A stretch of DNA of 64,000 nucleotides. It comes from Promethearchaeota archaeon (GTDB lineage: Archaea; Asgardarchaeota; Lokiarchaeia; Sigyniarchaeales; SOKP01). Both the position numbers and the translations under genes were made by a program. Numbering within the stretch: position 1 is the stretch's first letter; every line of letters begins with the position of its first letter. Positions 29,344 through 40,047 of this stretch are shown here, one piece after another. The stretch spans positions 1 through 64,000 of the forward strand of contig JAEOTP010000087.1 in assembly GCA_016839765.1 (NCBI GenBank), read 5' to 3'. The notes beneath the pieces were generated by a model. The model was not told the origin of the DNA. It searched no databases and saw nothing but the letters and a program-made list of their open reading frames with translations.

Positions 29344-30336
29344 TTAAAGAGTAAGATAGAGATCTACTGCTTTTTTACTCCCTAAAATTCCACCATATGT
29401 AAGAGAATGAATTTTTTTAACATTATCTCTCTTTAAAGGTTCAAAGTCTTCTATATATTTTATTTTTTCTTTTTTATTTAAATACTCTAAAGCTATAAAT
29501 TCTCCTTCAAGAGATTTTGTAATAAAAGCCAATGGCAACCATTCATAATAAACTCTTATTTTTGGATTTGGAGAGGGAAAATAGGCATATATGCCACCAT
29601 AATTAACGATCGCATGAAAATCTCCTACAAAACTACCACTATAACGATCTTTAAAGCGTCTATTCATTAACAATTTCTCATAATTTTTGTATTTATCAAT
29701 CCACTGGGTAATATCTCCTCCAACACACCTAATACTTTTCTCTTCTTTATTAGGCATTATTTTTAATTCTTGAAATACATAATGATAGAAAGTCATACTG
29801 TAAGGTGAAGTATCTAAAATGAATTCAGCAACTTTACCATTAATAGCTAAAACAAGATTGGTAAAGATTCCATAGAGGACATAAAACCCACATACTATTT
29901 TCCCCATTTCATTATAAATTCCTACTATAGTTCCAACTGTTCTATTAACAGCAACATTAGAAGAGCCATCAACAGGATCAATGGTAATTCCAAACGTTCC
30001 ATCACCTAACACAGGTTCTGACTCCTCAGATGCGATAAAAGAAAAGCTTACATTTCCTTCATTTAAAGCTTTTAGGATTATGCTATGAGTTAAAATGTCT
30101 TCATGAATTTGTGTTTCTTCAAAAATATTTTTAGAATCATAAGTTGGTCTTTTAATATTCATTCTATGTTCTATCTCGCGAGAGGTTATTCCTCTTTCTA
30201 ATAAGCCTCGAACGGGAATCGTGGCTTCAGCAATGGTTTCAATAATTTCAATTATTTCTCCTTTATTTGGGAAGGAGTGAGGAATATATCTCTCTAACCA
30301 TCTAGATAGCTTTATTTTCTCACTTTTAGCATTCAT
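29344..30336 (-). CDS. fbp: Fructose-1,6-bisphosphatase class I
   Basis: ASEE, IDPVDGSSN...VGTI.GIY, RYSGSFVGDFH, GGIYAY and KIRVYYE..PLAF. Confidence 0.85.
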   Translation of the reverse strand: MNAKSEKIKLSRWLERYIPHSFPNKGEIIEIIETIAEATIPVRGLLERGITSREIEHRMNIKRPTYDSKNIFEETQIHEDILTHSIILKALNEGNVSFSFIASEESEPVLGDGTFGITIDPVDGSSNVAVNRTVGTIVGIYNEMGKIVCGFYVLYGIFTNLVLAINGKVAEFILDTSPYSMTFYHYVFQELKIMPNKEEKSIRCVGGDITQWIDKYKNYEKLLMNRRFKDRYSGSFVGDFHAIVNYGGIYAYFPSPNPKIRVYYEWLPLAFITKSLEGEFIALEYLNKKEKIKYIEDFEPLKRDNVKKIHSLTYGGILGSKKAVDLYLTL

Positions 30337-30509
30337 ATGTAAAAAATAAATTTCTTAATTATATTTTAATTTCTTCAATTGCATTAATGAAAAGTTATAG
30401 ATAATTCTTTATACATGCTCAACATTATAATGAGAATTATCCAACAAAAATAGAAACCAACTAAAAATTTTTTTAAAAACTCATATTCTATTGGAAATTA
30501 TTTTTTAGT

Positions 30510-31202
30510 TCAAATAAATCCATCTTGTGTGAGAGTTGATAAAGATTCAATTACTTTTTTATTAATCCTTTTTTTAAAAACAAATTTCCGACAGTTTAAT
30601 TTGTTTGTTCGTAAAATTTTGAGCGAATTGTCAATCCAATAATCCATGACCTTACCACCACTTTGAACTTCAATTAATTGTCCGTTTTGATTAATATTAG
30701 TTTGAGTATTTACAACTAGAATATTAATGCTGTATTTCTTATTTAAAAAAAATAAATTTGCTAAAATCTGATTTAATTTATAATTCAATAAAAAATTTTT
30801 TTCTTTACTTTCTCTATTGAGCTCCAATCGGTATAAATCAGTTATAGAATCGATAATTATTAAATCTATAATGGTATTAGGTTTTTTATAACTTTCTAGT
30901 ACTATAAATTCTAAATTGAAAACTAAGGAATATAGATCTTCAAAATTTAAAGATTTAATAAAAATCATGTTATCTAAGGTATTTCTTACTGATTTTTGGA
31001 CAATATTATTTATTTTCTCAAAAGGAAAATTAGGTTTTGTATAGATATAAATTATTTTTTTTTTACCTGATGCATAATTTATAGCTTTTTGTAGTGAAAA
31101 GGTGGTTTTTCCAACTCCAAAATCACCCCATACAGAAAGAATTCCCTTAACCGGAAAAATATAATTAAATAACTCGTTGAAGGGTTTTATTAAATAATCC
31201 AT
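30510..31202 (-). CDS. RadB-like RecA-superfamily ATPase
   Basis: WGDFGVGKT, LIIIDS...LYR and GGKVMDYW. Confidence 0.78.
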   Translation of the reverse strand: MDYLIKPFNELFNYIFPVKGILSVWGDFGVGKTTFSLQKAINYASGKKKIIYIYTKPNFPFEKINNIVQKSVRNTLDNMIFIKSLNFEDLYSLVFNLEFIVLESYKKPNTIIDLIIIDSITDLYRLELNRESKEKNFLLNYKLNQILANLFFLNKKYSINILVVNTQTNINQNGQLIEVQSGGKVMDYWIDNSLKILRTNKLNCRKFVFKKRINKKVIESLSTLTQDGFI

Positions 31203-31223
31203 TATTATAAATTTTTAAATCAA

Positions 31224-32108
31224 TTGTTAATTTATATAATTAATTTGAGAAAATTACCTTTATATATATTCACAGAAAATTTGAATTTTTTTTTTAGATT
31301 AAATAAGGAATTAAGAGAGAAAAAAATCCAATTTAAAATTTTGAATATCGGAAATAAGTTACCAAACACTCCATCATTAATCCTTACTACAAGTAAAGAG
31401 CTTAATAGAGTAGAAAGAGTAAACAATAAAGCTATAATTTTAGCTTATTCAGATACTCAAAAGTTTGAAAATTATTTTTTAGAAGTATTATCTTCTTATA
31501 GAGTTGGATATAAAGAGATTTATTCCTCTCTTACATTTTCAATTGATCCTGGTAAAAAAATAGGTTTAATGATTTTTCTAGATGAATATTTTTTAGATTC
31601 TTATTGTTGTTTCAAAGAATTAGCCTTTATACATATTTTAGAAGAATATATTGCATATTTTGGGAGTAAAAATGAAAATTTATGGTTAAATTTCAAATTT
31701 GGGATAGGAGTTATTTCAGTAACTCATAAATTAGTGGAACTTATATTTAATAATTATAAAGACAGAAAATTTATAAGAATTTTTTTAATTGACGAATATA
31801 AGTCATCAAAAATAAGAATATATAATAAAAGAAAGACAAAATTCTCTAAAGATGAGATAGCCGCATTGATTATAGCTTTGCGAGAAGGGATAGAGGTAAA
31901 TCTCGTTAATTATGAAACTTTCTTTAATCAAATTAAGACAAAAAGATTAAAGATTGAGAGATGGAAGGATTTTAAATTTGAAAAGAATAATGGATATGAT
32001 CTTTCATTAGAAGCTATAGCAAAAAGGGTACTAAATGGAGAATTATCCTTAACGGAATCAACAAAGATTATTAAAGAAAATTCTTATCTTTCGAAAAACA
32101 AAAATTAA
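31224..32108 (+). CDS. Hypothetical protein with an RNase H-like (YqgF-like) segment
   Basis: SIDPGKKIGL...IDEYKSS...DEIAALIIALREG. Confidence 0.55.
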   Translation: MLIYIINLRKLPLYIFTENLNFFFRLNKELREKKIQFKILNIGNKLPNTPSLILTTSKELNRVERVNNKAIILAYSDTQKFENYFLEVLSSYRVGYKEIYSSLTFSIDPGKKIGLMIFLDEYFLDSYCCFKELAFIHILEEYIAYFGSKNENLWLNFKFGIGVISVTHKLVELIFNNYKDRKFIRIFLIDEYKSSKIRIYNKRKTKFSKDEIAALIIALREGIEVNLVNYETFFNQIKTKRLKIERWKDFKFEKNNGYDLSLEAIAKRVLNGELSLTESTKIIKENSYLSKNKN

Positions 32109-32199
32109 TTAATAAGTTTTTATTTGTTTTTTTAAACTTAGGAATAAGATTTAGTTACCATTTATTTGTTAGATTTTATACTAATTAATCAGTTTTAGA

Positions 32200-33267
32200 A
32201 TGAATAGATTTAAAACGATTGATACACTTCGGGGAATAAGCATAGTTTGGATGATAATCGGTCATTTGACTGAGTGGTGGATATTAAGTGAGGATTTTTG
32301 GTTTTTCAATACACTGCGTTCAATAGGAGACCCATTAGGTTCAGGAGCATTTTTATTTATTGCTGGAGTAAGTACTGCGTTGTCCTATAAAAAAAATATT
32401 CAGGATAGAGAAATAAATAGCATAAAAATGTATAGGAGGGCGTATTTACTTCGTACATCCATTATATTTATAATTGCTTTGATATATAATGCTCTTATTT
32501 CTATAAAAATGAATAATCCTGCAGATATTTGGACTTGGTTTATTTTATTAACACTTTCTGTGTCATTATTTTTAGGTTGGCCCTTATTAAAAACCAGTAA
32601 ACGTTTCAGAATATATTTAGGTTTAATTTTATGGGTCATTAATCTATTTTTAATGAATTATCTATTGAATTTTAGTGGACAAATGAATTTTCTTGGCATC
32701 CTTAATCATCTCCTATATAATAGATTGGGATTAGATCCTATTTTATCATTCTTCACATTTTTTATAATTGGAACAGTTATCGGAGAGATAATTTTTGAAA
32801 TTTATTTAATCGAGGATCGAAAGGAGAGAAAATTTATCTTAAAGAAGAAATTATTGATTCCAGGATTAATATTTGGTATAATTTTGATTATTTTTGGGAT
32901 ATTCTTTCGATTTCCTAATTTCTTGCATCATCGAACATTTTCTTGGTTAGTTTATTCAATAGGTATTCAACTAATATTAATATCTTCTCTGATTTTTATT
33001 GAGGAAATTGAGGTATTTCGTTTTAAGAAAAACTATAAATTTCTTTATTATTTTTCATACTATTCTCTTTCTATTTATCTAATTCATAATGTATTATTTT
33101 TTATTTTTCAAAACAGCTTACAGTATGTATATCTCTTGATGTATATTTCAATCACTCTCTTTTCACTTGGTATTTTACTGAGAATTATTCATACTAAGAT
33201 CGGCCCACATTTTTCAATTAAGATACAGATTGGAAGATTAAGTAGAGCCCTAGCAAAGAGAATATAA
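32200..33267 (+). CDS. DUF1624/HGSNAT-like membrane acyltransferase
   Basis: RFKTIDTLRGISIVWMIIGH, FLFIAGVS and SLSIYLIH; polytopic. Confidence 0.8.
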   Translation: MNRFKTIDTLRGISIVWMIIGHLTEWWILSEDFWFFNTLRSIGDPLGSGAFLFIAGVSTALSYKKNIQDREINSIKMYRRAYLLRTSIIFIIALIYNALISIKMNNPADIWTWFILLTLSVSLFLGWPLLKTSKRFRIYLGLILWVINLFLMNYLLNFSGQMNFLGILNHLLYNRLGLDPILSFFTFFIIGTVIGEIIFEIYLIEDRKERKFILKKKLLIPGLIFGIILIIFGIFFRFPNFLHHRTFSWLVYSIGIQLILISSLIFIEEIEVFRFKKNYKFLYYFSYYSLSIYLIHNVLFFIFQNSLQYVYLLMYISITLFSLGILLRIIHTKIGPHFSIKIQIGRLSRALAKRI

Positions 33268-33343
33268 AATAAATTAAATAAAAACCTTAAAAAAGAAGGT
33301 ATAATCTTAAAATTTAAGATTTCAATGTCAATAGAGTTATTTT

Positions 33344-34144
33344 ATGAAAGAGCGTATTGATATAATTTTAGTTGAAAGACGATTAGTAGAGAGTAGAGTA
33401 AAAGCCCAGTGGTTAATAAAAAGCGGTTTTGTATTAGTAAATGGAGTGGTACTAAAAAAACCAGGAAAAAAGGTAAATAAAAAGGCTAATATTACATTGG
33501 AAAATGAATTTCCCTATGTAGGGCGTGGTGGGTTAAAATTAGAAGCAGCACTAAATAAATTTGCAATAATAGTGAAAAATAAAGTATGCGCTGATATTGG
33601 AGCTTCTATTGGGGGATTTACCGATTGTCTCATAAAACATAAAGCATTAAAAGTGTATGCTATAGATACAGCAAAAAATGTTCTACATCCATCATTAACG
33701 AGTAAATCATCCATTATTATCAAGTTGTTAGGAGTTGATGCACGATCATTGATTGAATTGGATGAAAAGATTGATATCGTAACCATAGATATTACGTTTG
33801 CTTCATTAAAAACAATCCTACCAAATGTTAAGAATTATTTAAAAAGAAATGGAGATATTATTGTTTTAGTTAAACCACTTTTTGAAACAAATTTTTATGA
33901 TAAAAAATTTTTTAAAATAATAACAAATTTTCAGAGGCTTAAAAAAATCTTACACGATTTTTTATACTGGAGTTCTGAAAATGATTTTTTTCCTTATGGG
34001 ATAACCCAATCTCCAATTTTAGGTAAGGGGGGTTCAATAGAATTTTTAGTTTATTTTAAAATAGACAAAGAAAGGAAACAATTCAAGATCTTTAAAGAAA
34101 TTGAAGATGTTATCGATAATATAAATATCAGAGAGTTTAAATAG
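33344..34144 (+). CDS. tlyA: TlyA family rRNA 2'-O-methyltransferase (S4 plus FtsJ-like domains)
   Basis: RIDIILVERRLVESR..A, YVGRGGLKL, DIGASIGGFTDCL and LVKP.FE. Confidence 0.88.
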   Translation: MKERIDIILVERRLVESRVKAQWLIKSGFVLVNGVVLKKPGKKVNKKANITLENEFPYVGRGGLKLEAALNKFAIIVKNKVCADIGASIGGFTDCLIKHKALKVYAIDTAKNVLHPSLTSKSSIIIKLLGVDARSLIELDEKIDIVTIDITFASLKTILPNVKNYLKRNGDIIVLVKPLFETNFYDKKFFKIITNFQRLKKILHDFLYWSSENDFFPYGITQSPILGKGGSIEFLVYFKIDKERKQFKIFKEIEDVIDNINIREFK

Positions 34145-35309
34145 ATTGATAACTCCTAAATAAATTTCCCCATTCTGTTTGCATAAATTTTTTAATCCTA
34201 CGTTTTCCTATAGTTGGATACCAGAACATATCATGAAATATCATAGATGCCATAATTGGTCCCATAAAAAAAAGATCACTCTTAAACAATGGATACATGA
34301 ATTGTAATGGGCCTTTTCTAACCATCTGGTCACCCCAAATCACTAAGCTTCTCTTTACATTGAACTTCCAATTGATATTTGAAACATCTTCACCTACTAA
34401 TTCAATTTGATCGAAATCACCACACCCTAATCCCATATCATGAGCTAATTTTATAGCAGGTAATTTTAATGGATCAAAACCCATCATTTTAGAAACAACT
34501 GTATCTACAGCTACTTGATCATATCCAGCGATTAAAATGTTCTTAATTTTTGGTATCATAGTCCTTGGTCCGGCTCCATCTCCGCAAACAGTACCATCAA
34601 CTATAGACATAATATTTGGGTGTATTTGTTTTTGGATTATTAGTAAATCAACAAGCACTTCACTCATATATTGGTGGGAAAAATGCCTTCTTTTTGTTAA
34701 TAATCCACCAAATGCATTCTTCATAGCACAGGTAATTCCCCCATGTTTCATTTCACTTTTGGTATGCTCTAATGATCCTCCTACAGCACCAGTATGTCCA
34801 TGAGTTTTCATCGTTGGAAGATGAATAATAGATTTCCCGATATAAAATTTTGGTATTTTAAATCCTTCAGGAAATATTTTAGAATCTAAGGCAAGTAATT
34901 TCTGGGTTTTTAAATTCAAGAATCTTGATCTCAGCGATTCATAGGGGACAAAAGGGATACGTGTTAAGGGTATAAACCATGCATTATACTTCCTTATGAT
35001 TGGCCACCAACAATTACCTTTTAAACCCTTTTCAATATTTGTAACCACAGTTCTATTTTCTGCCGTAAATAATTTTTTAGGATCATAACCATCCTCAATC
35101 ATAGTGTTCAAAACACCCTCTACTTGCCAAGGAGGACTTGAACATGCGGGAAAAAATTTCGACCAACTTAAATTAAGCTTGATGATGATTTTTTTTTGTT
35201 TAGAATAATAATTGTGATATTCCGTAAGATGCATTAGTCTTTTATAATCTTCAAAAATTGTCTTTGGAGAAGTCTTAATTACAAAAATTTGAGATTTATT
35301 TCTTTTCAT
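34137..35309 (-). CDS. DUF362 domain (putative Fe-S) protein
   Basis: LPTMKTH, CAMKNAFGGLL, DGTVCGDGAGP and DQVAVD. Confidence 0.82.
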   Translation of the reverse strand: MKRNKSQIFVIKTSPKTIFEDYKRLMHLTEYHNYYSKQKKIIIKLNLSWSKFFPACSSPPWQVEGVLNTMIEDGYDPKKLFTAENRTVVTNIEKGLKGNCWWPIIRKYNAWFIPLTRIPFVPYESLRSRFLNLKTQKLLALDSKIFPEGFKIPKFYIGKSIIHLPTMKTHGHTGAVGGSLEHTKSEMKHGGITCAMKNAFGGLLTKRRHFSHQYMSEVLVDLLIIQKQIHPNIMSIVDGTVCGDGAGPRTMIPKIKNILIAGYDQVAVDTVVSKMMGFDPLKLPAIKLAHDMGLGCGDFDQIELVGEDVSNINWKFNVKRSLVIWGDQMVRKGPLQFMYPLFKSDLFFMGPIMASMIFHDMFWYPTIGKRRIKKFMQTEWGNLFRSYQSI

Positions 35310-35435
35310 TTTGATTTCTAATGTTTGATTGTTTAACTTTTTTATTAAAAACGTAATTGAACTATTTTAAAAACCAATTGTTGATAAAAAGGCTAAACAA
35401 TAATAAAAAAAAATTAGTAAAAAAATTAAAAAATT

Positions 35436-36575
35436 TTAGTCAGAAATATATTCCATTCCTTCATAAGATTTTTCTTCTTTAGCAAACGGTCTGCACATGA
35501 TATAATGATCTTCACTTATCTTAAGCTCAACAGGATCCTCCTTTCCGCACCCTATATGCTTACCTTTTTCATAACATCTAGGATTAAAAGCACATCCCTC
35601 GGGAGGGTTAATAGGACTGGGTACATCACCTTCTAAGATTATCCTAGTTATTCTTGAAGTAGGATCAAAAGTTGGGCGTGCTGATAATAAAGCTTTTGTG
35701 TATGGATGGACAGGATGATAGAAAACTTTTTCTATAGGACCTCTCTCAACAAATTTACCTAAATACATAACAGCAATTCTATCAGCTATATGATGCACTA
35801 CACTTAAATCATGGGTTATAAACATATAAGATAAATTGAATTGAGATTGAAGGTCTCTTAAAAGGTTTAATATTTGTGCTTGAACTGATACATCTAAGGC
35901 AGAAGTTGGTTCATCCAGAATCATTATATCAGGATTACATGCTAGAGCTCTAGCAATGACTATTCTTTGTTTTTGACCTCCTGAAAATTCATGAGGAAAT
36001 CGATCTAGATGTTCTGCTTTCATTGAAACAGTTTCTAATAATTCAAGAACTCTTGCGCGGATTCTGCTTCTTTTTTTCATTCCTTCTAATATTCTAAGTG
36101 GTTCACCAATAATATTTACAATTTTCCACCGAGGATTCAAAGATGAGTCTGGATCTTGGAATACCATTTGAATTTTTTTCCGAATTTCTGTGGTATAATA
36201 AATTGCTTTAGCGTCATGTTTTTGTAATTTAGTTAGCTTTACTTCAGGTTTTTCTTTTTCTTTCATTTGTTTTTTATGTAATTTTTTATTAATAACTAGT
36301 TTTTTATTCCTATAAATGATTTCTCCGGCTGTAGGCTTTACTAAGTTTAAAATAGTATTTCCTATTGTAGTTTTACCGCATCCACTTTCTCCAACTATAC
36401 CTAGAGTCTCTCCCTCGTACATATTAAATGTAACTCCATCAACTGCTTTAACATCTGCAATTCTTCTCCTAAAAAGCCCACCGTATATTGGATAATAGGT
36501 TTTAAGATTTCTTACCGATAAAATGACATTTCTGCTACTTGTGGAAGTTTCTATTTTCTCCTCAACTACAGTCAT
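35436..36575 (-). CDS. oppF: Oligopeptide/dipeptide ABC transporter ATP-binding protein (OppF/DppF)
   Basis: GESGCGKTT, VFQDP, FSGGQKQR, LDEPTSALD, HPYT and C-terminal GCAFNPRC. Confidence 0.92.
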   Translation of the reverse strand: MTVVEEKIETSTSSRNVILSVRNLKTYYPIYGGLFRRRIADVKAVDGVTFNMYEGETLGIVGESGCGKTTIGNTILNLVKPTAGEIIYRNKKLVINKKLHKKQMKEKEKPEVKLTKLQKHDAKAIYYTTEIRKKIQMVFQDPDSSLNPRWKIVNIIGEPLRILEGMKKRSRIRARVLELLETVSMKAEHLDRFPHEFSGGQKQRIVIARALACNPDIMILDEPTSALDVSVQAQILNLLRDLQSQFNLSYMFITHDLSVVHHIADRIAVMYLGKFVERGPIEKVFYHPVHPYTKALLSARPTFDPTSRITRIILEGDVPSPINPPEGCAFNPRCYEKGKHIGCGKEDPVELKISEDHYIMCRPFAKEEKSYEGMEYISD

Positions 36576-36631
36576 ATTAATTTTTCCTACCCTATAATTA
36601 ATTTAAATTTTAAAATTATTTTTTATGGAAT

Positions 36632-37870
36632 TTAAATATTGTCTTCACTCCAATCATATTTGGGTGAATCCCGATATTTTGGATCAAAAAGATGACATGC
36701 TACAAAATATCTTTCACCAATTTCATTCAGTTTCGGTTTTACTTTATCACATATTTCCATTCTTTCATCACATCTAGGATGAAATCTACAACCTGATGGA
36801 GGATATATTAAATTAGGAACCATACCACGAATAACCCTTAACTTTTGGTCTTTTTTTTCAATACTAGGAATTGCTCCAATTAATCCTTGTGTATAGGGGT
36901 GTCGAGGATTTTTAAATAAGCGTTCTGCAGTAGCATACTCAACTATATTCCCGCTATACATCACTGCGACTCTATCGCACAAATCGGCAATGATTCCTAA
37001 ATCATGAGTAATCATCAGTATTGACGTTCTAAATTTATCTTTTAATTCTTTCATCAAATCTAAAATTTGAGCCTGGATGGTAACATCTAAAGCAGTCGTT
37101 GGTTCATCAGCAATTAATAACAGCGGTTCGCAAGAGAGCGCCATAGCAATCATTATACGTTGTCTCATTCCACCACTAAGTTCATGAGGATATCTCGATA
37201 AAATGCCTTCTGCATCCGCAATACCTACTTCTTTTATGATTTTTTCTGAATGTTCGTTTAAAATCCCTTTTAGATGTGGTATTTTGGGTATTTTTTCTTT
37301 GGCTTCTGTAATTTTGATTTTGAGATCTTCTTTTTCATCTTCTGTTAATTCACTATCCTTTAATTTTTCCTTTAATTCCTTAAGTTCTTCAATTAGTTGT
37401 TTCCTTTCGAGAACTTTTTCATCTACAACTCGTCTAAGTTCATCTTCTTGATGTAATAAAAAGATTTCTCCAACTTGAAATCCAGCTGACATAACTGGAT
37501 TTAGTGAATTTAAAGGATCCTGGAAGATCATAGTTATATCTTTACCTCGATGAGTTCTCATGATTTTTTCTTCTAAAGCCAGTAGATCTTCACCTTTCAG
37601 TTTTATAGACCCGTCTATTACCTTTCCTGGTTCCCTTACAAGACCTATAATAGAGAGTGCTGTAACCGATTTGCCACAACCAGTTTCACCAACAAGCCCA
37701 AGGACTTCATCCTCATACATGTCAAAAGAAACACCATCTACAGCTTTTACTACACCTTCTTCAGTATAAAAGTAGGTTTTTAAATTTTTAACCTCAAGTA
37801 GTTTCTTAGCCTCTTTTTTTACTGATGATACCTCTTCTTTAAATCCTTGTCTTTCTTCTACTTTTTCCAT
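36632..37870 (-). CDS. oppD: Oligopeptide/dipeptide ABC transporter ATP-binding protein (OppD/DppD) with coiled-coil insertion
   Basis: [30 protein letters not shown] and GCRFHPRC. Confidence 0.92.
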   Translation of the reverse strand: MEKVEERQGFKEEVSSVKKEAKKLLEVKNLKTYFYTEEGVVKAVDGVSFDMYEDEVLGLVGETGCGKSVTALSIIGLVREPGKVIDGSIKLKGEDLLALEEKIMRTHRGKDITMIFQDPLNSLNPVMSAGFQVGEIFLLHQEDELRRVVDEKVLERKQLIEELKELKEKLKDSELTEDEKEDLKIKITEAKEKIPKIPHLKGILNEHSEKIIKEVGIADAEGILSRYPHELSGGMRQRIMIAMALSCEPLLLIADEPTTALDVTIQAQILDLMKELKDKFRTSILMITHDLGIIADLCDRVAVMYSGNIVEYATAERLFKNPRHPYTQGLIGAIPSIEKKDQKLRVIRGMVPNLIYPPSGCRFHPRCDERMEICDKVKPKLNEIGERYFVACHLFDPKYRDSPKYDWSEDNI

Positions 37871-37918
37871 TTTTCTTAATCATCTATCTTAATCAAATTA
37901 TAAATAATAAAAAAAAAT

Positions 37919-38941
37919 TTATAAATTCTTCAATCGCGGATCGAGAGCATCTCTTAAGCCATCACCTACCAACATGAATCCTAATACTGTAATGACAATC
38001 ATCACCCCTGGCCAAAGAGACGCCCATGGTGCGATTAAAATATAACCACGAGCATCACTGATATCTCTACCCCATTCAATTAAAGTTGGATCACTATATC
38101 CCAGAAATGCAAGACCTGCAAAGCTTAGAATAACTCCTCCGATATCTAATGTAACTGATATTATAATTGGTTGGATAGTGTTTGGTAAGATGTGTCTAAA
38201 CATTATTCTCCAATTTTTAGCACCAGATACCCTTGCTGCTTGTACATACGGCAATTCTCTTGCTTGTAATACATTTCCTCTAATTAGTCGTGAATAATAG
38301 GGAATCCCTAAAATACCATATGCCATAATAATAACCATCAATATTGGTAGGCCACTTTCTTGGAAGATTGAAACCATAACTATAGCGAAGATTAACGCAG
38401 GAAATGCAAGCAAAACATCAAAAATCCTCATAATTAAAGTATCGAGCCAGCCACCTACGTAACCAGCTATTACTCCAAAAAGAATACCAAATGCAAGGCT
38501 CATTCCTATTGCTGGCAAAGCCATAGTTAATGAAGCTCTGGCACCATATATCATTCTTGCATAAACATCACGCCCCATATTGCCAGTTCCTAAAGGATGC
38601 GCAGGAGATGGGTCAGACCAGTGTACGCCATACACAGCGCGAGCTTCCGAAAATGTATATGGAGAAATCCAAGGCCCGAATATGGCTAAGGTTATGACGT
38701 AAAGAACTAGAATGATTCCTAAAATAGTTAAGGTTGACTTTAATCTTTTAAGAAAACTTCTTTTACTCACAGTCTTTTCATATTCACGTTCTCGAATTGT
38801 AAGTTCCTTTAATCTTGAAGCAGGAATAAGAAGAAACTTAATATTTCTGAAGAACCATTTAAAAACAGCCCTACTAGCACTCTCCTCTTCTTCAGCTTCT
38901 AATTCTTCCTCTAATTCTTGAATCCTTACTTCTTGTTTCAT
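37919..38941 (-). CDS. oppC: Peptide ABC transporter permease (OppC/DppC)
   Basis: HPLGT..GRDVYAR, EAA loop YVQAARVSGA, HILPN and GDGLRDALDP. Confidence 0.93.
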   Translation of the reverse strand: MKQEVRIQELEEELEAEEEESASRAVFKWFFRNIKFLLIPASRLKELTIREREYEKTVSKRSFLKRLKSTLTILGIILVLYVITLAIFGPWISPYTFSEARAVYGVHWSDPSPAHPLGTGNMGRDVYARMIYGARASLTMALPAIGMSLAFGILFGVIAGYVGGWLDTLIMRIFDVLLAFPALIFAIVMVSIFQESGLPILMVIIMAYGILGIPYYSRLIRGNVLQARELPYVQAARVSGAKNWRIMFRHILPNTIQPIIISVTLDIGGVILSFAGLAFLGYSDPTLIEWGRDISDARGYILIAPWASLWPGVMIVITVLGFMLVGDGLRDALDPRLKNL

Positions 38942-38972
38942 TTAGTTTTCCACCTTTTTTAATATATACTAT

Positions 38973-39989
38973 TTAATATTTTATTCGAGGATCTAAATAA
39001 GCATAAATTAGATCTACAAATAAATTCACTATTATAAAAATCAGCGTTGTCATGACGACAATCGCATTCAGGACACTATAATCACGACCCGTAATAGCCT
39101 CCAACAAAAGATTACCTACTCCAAATAAATTAAAAGTTGTTTCAGTTAAAAACGCTCCGCCTAATAACCCTCCAACGTTTAATCCAATAATTGTCACGGT
39201 GGGGATTAATGCGTTCTTACGGGCATGCTTTTTAATTACATCTTTTTCTTTACACCCTTTTGCGCGAGCAGTTCTTATATAATCTTGTTGAAGAACTTCA
39301 AGCATACTTGAACGAGTTTGCCGTGTAATCGATGCGAGCATAATAAAAGACAAACAGAAAACTGGTAGCGCCAAATGGACTAAATAATCCCCTATTAAAT
39401 ACCACTGCCCCGATATCAACGAGTCAATTATTCTAAAACCCGTAACTATGGGAGGATCAATATATGCCGGATCTTTGAAGTGCATGATGGGCAACCAACC
39501 CAATTGATAAGAGATAAAATACTGCAGTAATAGTCCTAACCAAAAAACAGGTATTGATACACCTACAAGAGCTGTTCCCCTAAAAACAGTATCCTTCCAT
39601 TTATTTCGATGCCTTGCAGAAACTACACCAGTTTTAATTCCGATAAATGAAGCAATAATCATAGAAAAGAGGGTAATATCTAGTGTTCTAGGAAACCGCT
39701 CCCAGATTAAATTCCAAACCGGTTGACCTACAGCGACAACTAAAGAATTGCCCCAATTTCCTGTAAAGAGATTTCCAAGGTATATAAAGAATTGTTGCCA
39801 GAGGGGAAGATTAAATCCGTGAGCATAATATGCCCTCATATACTCTTCAGGACTAGCTCTAGGAGGGAGGTATACTGAAACAGGATCCCCCGGCATCGCT
39901 CTAGCAAGAATGAATGTTAGTAATAAAGCACCAAACAACACAGGTATCATAGTTAGAATCCTTTTGAAGATATATTTAATCATACTCAT
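38973..39989 (-). CDS. oppB: Peptide ABC transporter permease (OppB/DppB)
   Basis: MPGDP, DYIRTARAKG, HARKNALIP and DLIYAYLDPRI. Confidence 0.93.
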   Translation of the reverse strand: MSMIKYIFKRILTMIPVLFGALLLTFILARAMPGDPVSVYLPPRASPEEYMRAYYAHGFNLPLWQQFFIYLGNLFTGNWGNSLVVAVGQPVWNLIWERFPRTLDITLFSMIIASFIGIKTGVVSARHRNKWKDTVFRGTALVGVSIPVFWLGLLLQYFISYQLGWLPIMHFKDPAYIDPPIVTGFRIIDSLISGQWYLIGDYLVHLALPVFCLSFIMLASITRQTRSSMLEVLQQDYIRTARAKGCKEKDVIKKHARKNALIPTVTIIGLNVGGLLGGAFLTETTFNLFGVGNLLLEAITGRDYSVLNAIVVMTTLIFIIVNLFVDLIYAYLDPRIKY

Positions 39990-40047
39990 ATACTATTAGA
40001 TCACCCATTTTTCTTATTAATAACCCTTTTTTTTATTTTTTTTTAGA

